Below are positions 62,817 through 64,000 of a stretch of DNA of 64,000 nt, in pieces; positions within the stretch are counted from its first letter, which is position 1; each line of letters begins with the position of its first letter. Location of the stretch: the NCBI GenBank assembly GCA_040954595.2, contig CM082589.2, positions 8,626,232 through 8,690,231 of the forward strand, in the 5' to 3' direction. Both the position numbers and the translations under genes were made by a program. The notes beneath the pieces are model-generated. The model saw nothing but the letters and a program-made list of their open reading frames with translations. It was not told the DNA's origin and did not search any database. This DNA is from Balanoglossus misakiensis (taxonomy: Eukaryota > Animalia > Hemichordata).

Positions 62817-62993
62817 GCATTAATTTACCCATTCAAGATCAGCAGTGAAAACTTCACCTTTGAAAAGTCCACTGCAGGTCAGAAGAATAGGCAAGTGGCC
62901 AACAGGTTGGGAGATACACTCAGCAAAGTACCAATGGTCAACTCATTTATCCTTGCTTTGGAGCAACTGACTAATCCAGAACATGTCTTCAAG
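62817..62993 (+). CDS. PRKDC: DNA-PKcs exon 32 ALIYPFKISSE...ALEQLTNPEHVFK
   Basis: cag/gtgagc, phase 0-0. Confidence 0.97.
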
Positions 62994-63509
62994 GTGAGCA
63001 TTTATTTGAGCGTCTCATATAATGTGCCCGTATACTAAAGATCTACAAAACTTGTCTCACATCTTGTCTCACATCTTTTGTTGTTTCTGTGTGCCCATTT
63101 TCTATTGGTTTATACATAGACCGTTCACATTGCTCAAAAAAGGCTAGGCCCTTGTCCTAGCCAGGTACCTGGCCGAGCAGAAAAACAGGTGTTAACGGGT
63201 CTGGCCGGCCAATGTCCAGACAATTTTGTGTCCCAGTCGAAAGGGATTGTCTGTGGCCGACCATGGTCTCAGCCTGGTGTGTGTGTACACGTTTTGTTCG
63301 ACTCTGGTCCTAGTTGACGCCCTTGGCATCTGTTTTCTGTTGCTATTACTTGAAAATTCACATCTTTTGATTTCACCCTGAAAAATAATTACACATGTGC
63401 AAAATAGAAAAGTTTGTGGGGCAAAATAAGTCATGAAAACTGAATATATAATCTGATGATAAAAACTATAATTTATAAACTCCTTACACTACTTTTTCAT
63501 GTTATATAG

Positions 63510-63707
63510 GACTGGGCACAGGATCTAATGATACCCTTGTTGAAAGCAGCCAAGCGAGACAAAGCTGCCATCCAGGCTGCTGCTAAAGAGCTGTGTGTCA
63601 AGTTAGTGGATTACAAAAGTCAAAGTCTTGACACTTTGTTCAGCCAGGACTCAGATGCTACAACTCAGGCTCTTGCATTTGGAGCCTACAGGAGAAAATT
63701 TGCAGAG
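63510..63707 (+). CDS. PRKDC: DNA-PKcs exon 33 DWAQDL...FGAYRRKFAE
   Basis: tag/gtatag, phase 0-0. Confidence 0.95.
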
Positions 63708-64000
63708 GTATAGTACATTTTCAATGTTCTTTTACAGGTGATATTGATCGCTTCTAGTCACACTAGCCACAGAGAGGATTAATCAGTAATAAGACGTGTT
63801 TTGATGAAATAATTATTGTGTATGTCACACCAACACTAATCAGAAAGTGTTTGTCAGACTGTTGGGGGGGATGGGATGGGGTGGGGGTGGGGTTCAGTGC
63901 AATGCATGATGCCTCCACACATTGCACTGCTATAGTTCTATGCAGACTACTACCAGACGACCTGCACTGCTATAGTTCTAATTTTAGGATTGATGATTCA

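Larger units (their letters stand above)
1309..63707 (+). other. PRKDC: PRKDC / DNA-PKcs gene, internal part (33 exons; start and stop outside window)
   Basis: Spliced peptide follows vertebrate DNA-PKcs collinearly ([75 protein letters not shown]); phases compatible at all 32 introns. Confidence 0.98.

Overview
Eukaryotic, AT-rich invertebrate animal DNA (probably a marine bilaterian; the taxon cannot be fixed from sequence alone). The whole window lies inside one + strand gene, PRKDC (DNA-PKcs). I traced 33 consecutive coding exons from 1309 to 63707 with consistent splice phases. They run from the middle HEAT repeats through the ABCDE autophosphorylation cluster and the FAT domain towards the kinase; both gene ends are outside the window. 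The introns hold many nested mobile elements: a near-complete Crypton (tyrosine-recombinase DNA transposon), a DIRS remnant, a Tigger/pogo remnant, a 5'-truncated RTE-X-like LINE, Helentron-type HINEs and many MITEs (TTAA, TA, 3-, 5-, 7- and 9-bp TSD classes). The most unusual object is a young Ngaro-type tyrosine-recombinase retrotransposon (30676-43764). Its split direct repeats look identical by eye, and it is flanked by an unexpected 27-bp direct repeat. Its Gag has a SAM-like domain and a CCCH finger, and an in-frame A_AAA_AAC -1 slippery site links Gag to RT. An 8,363-bp cargo without TSD or TIR sits precisely inside its RNase H and carries a deleted Gypsy element and spliceable antisense exons of an unidentified gene. 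All calls are by eye; no database search was run.
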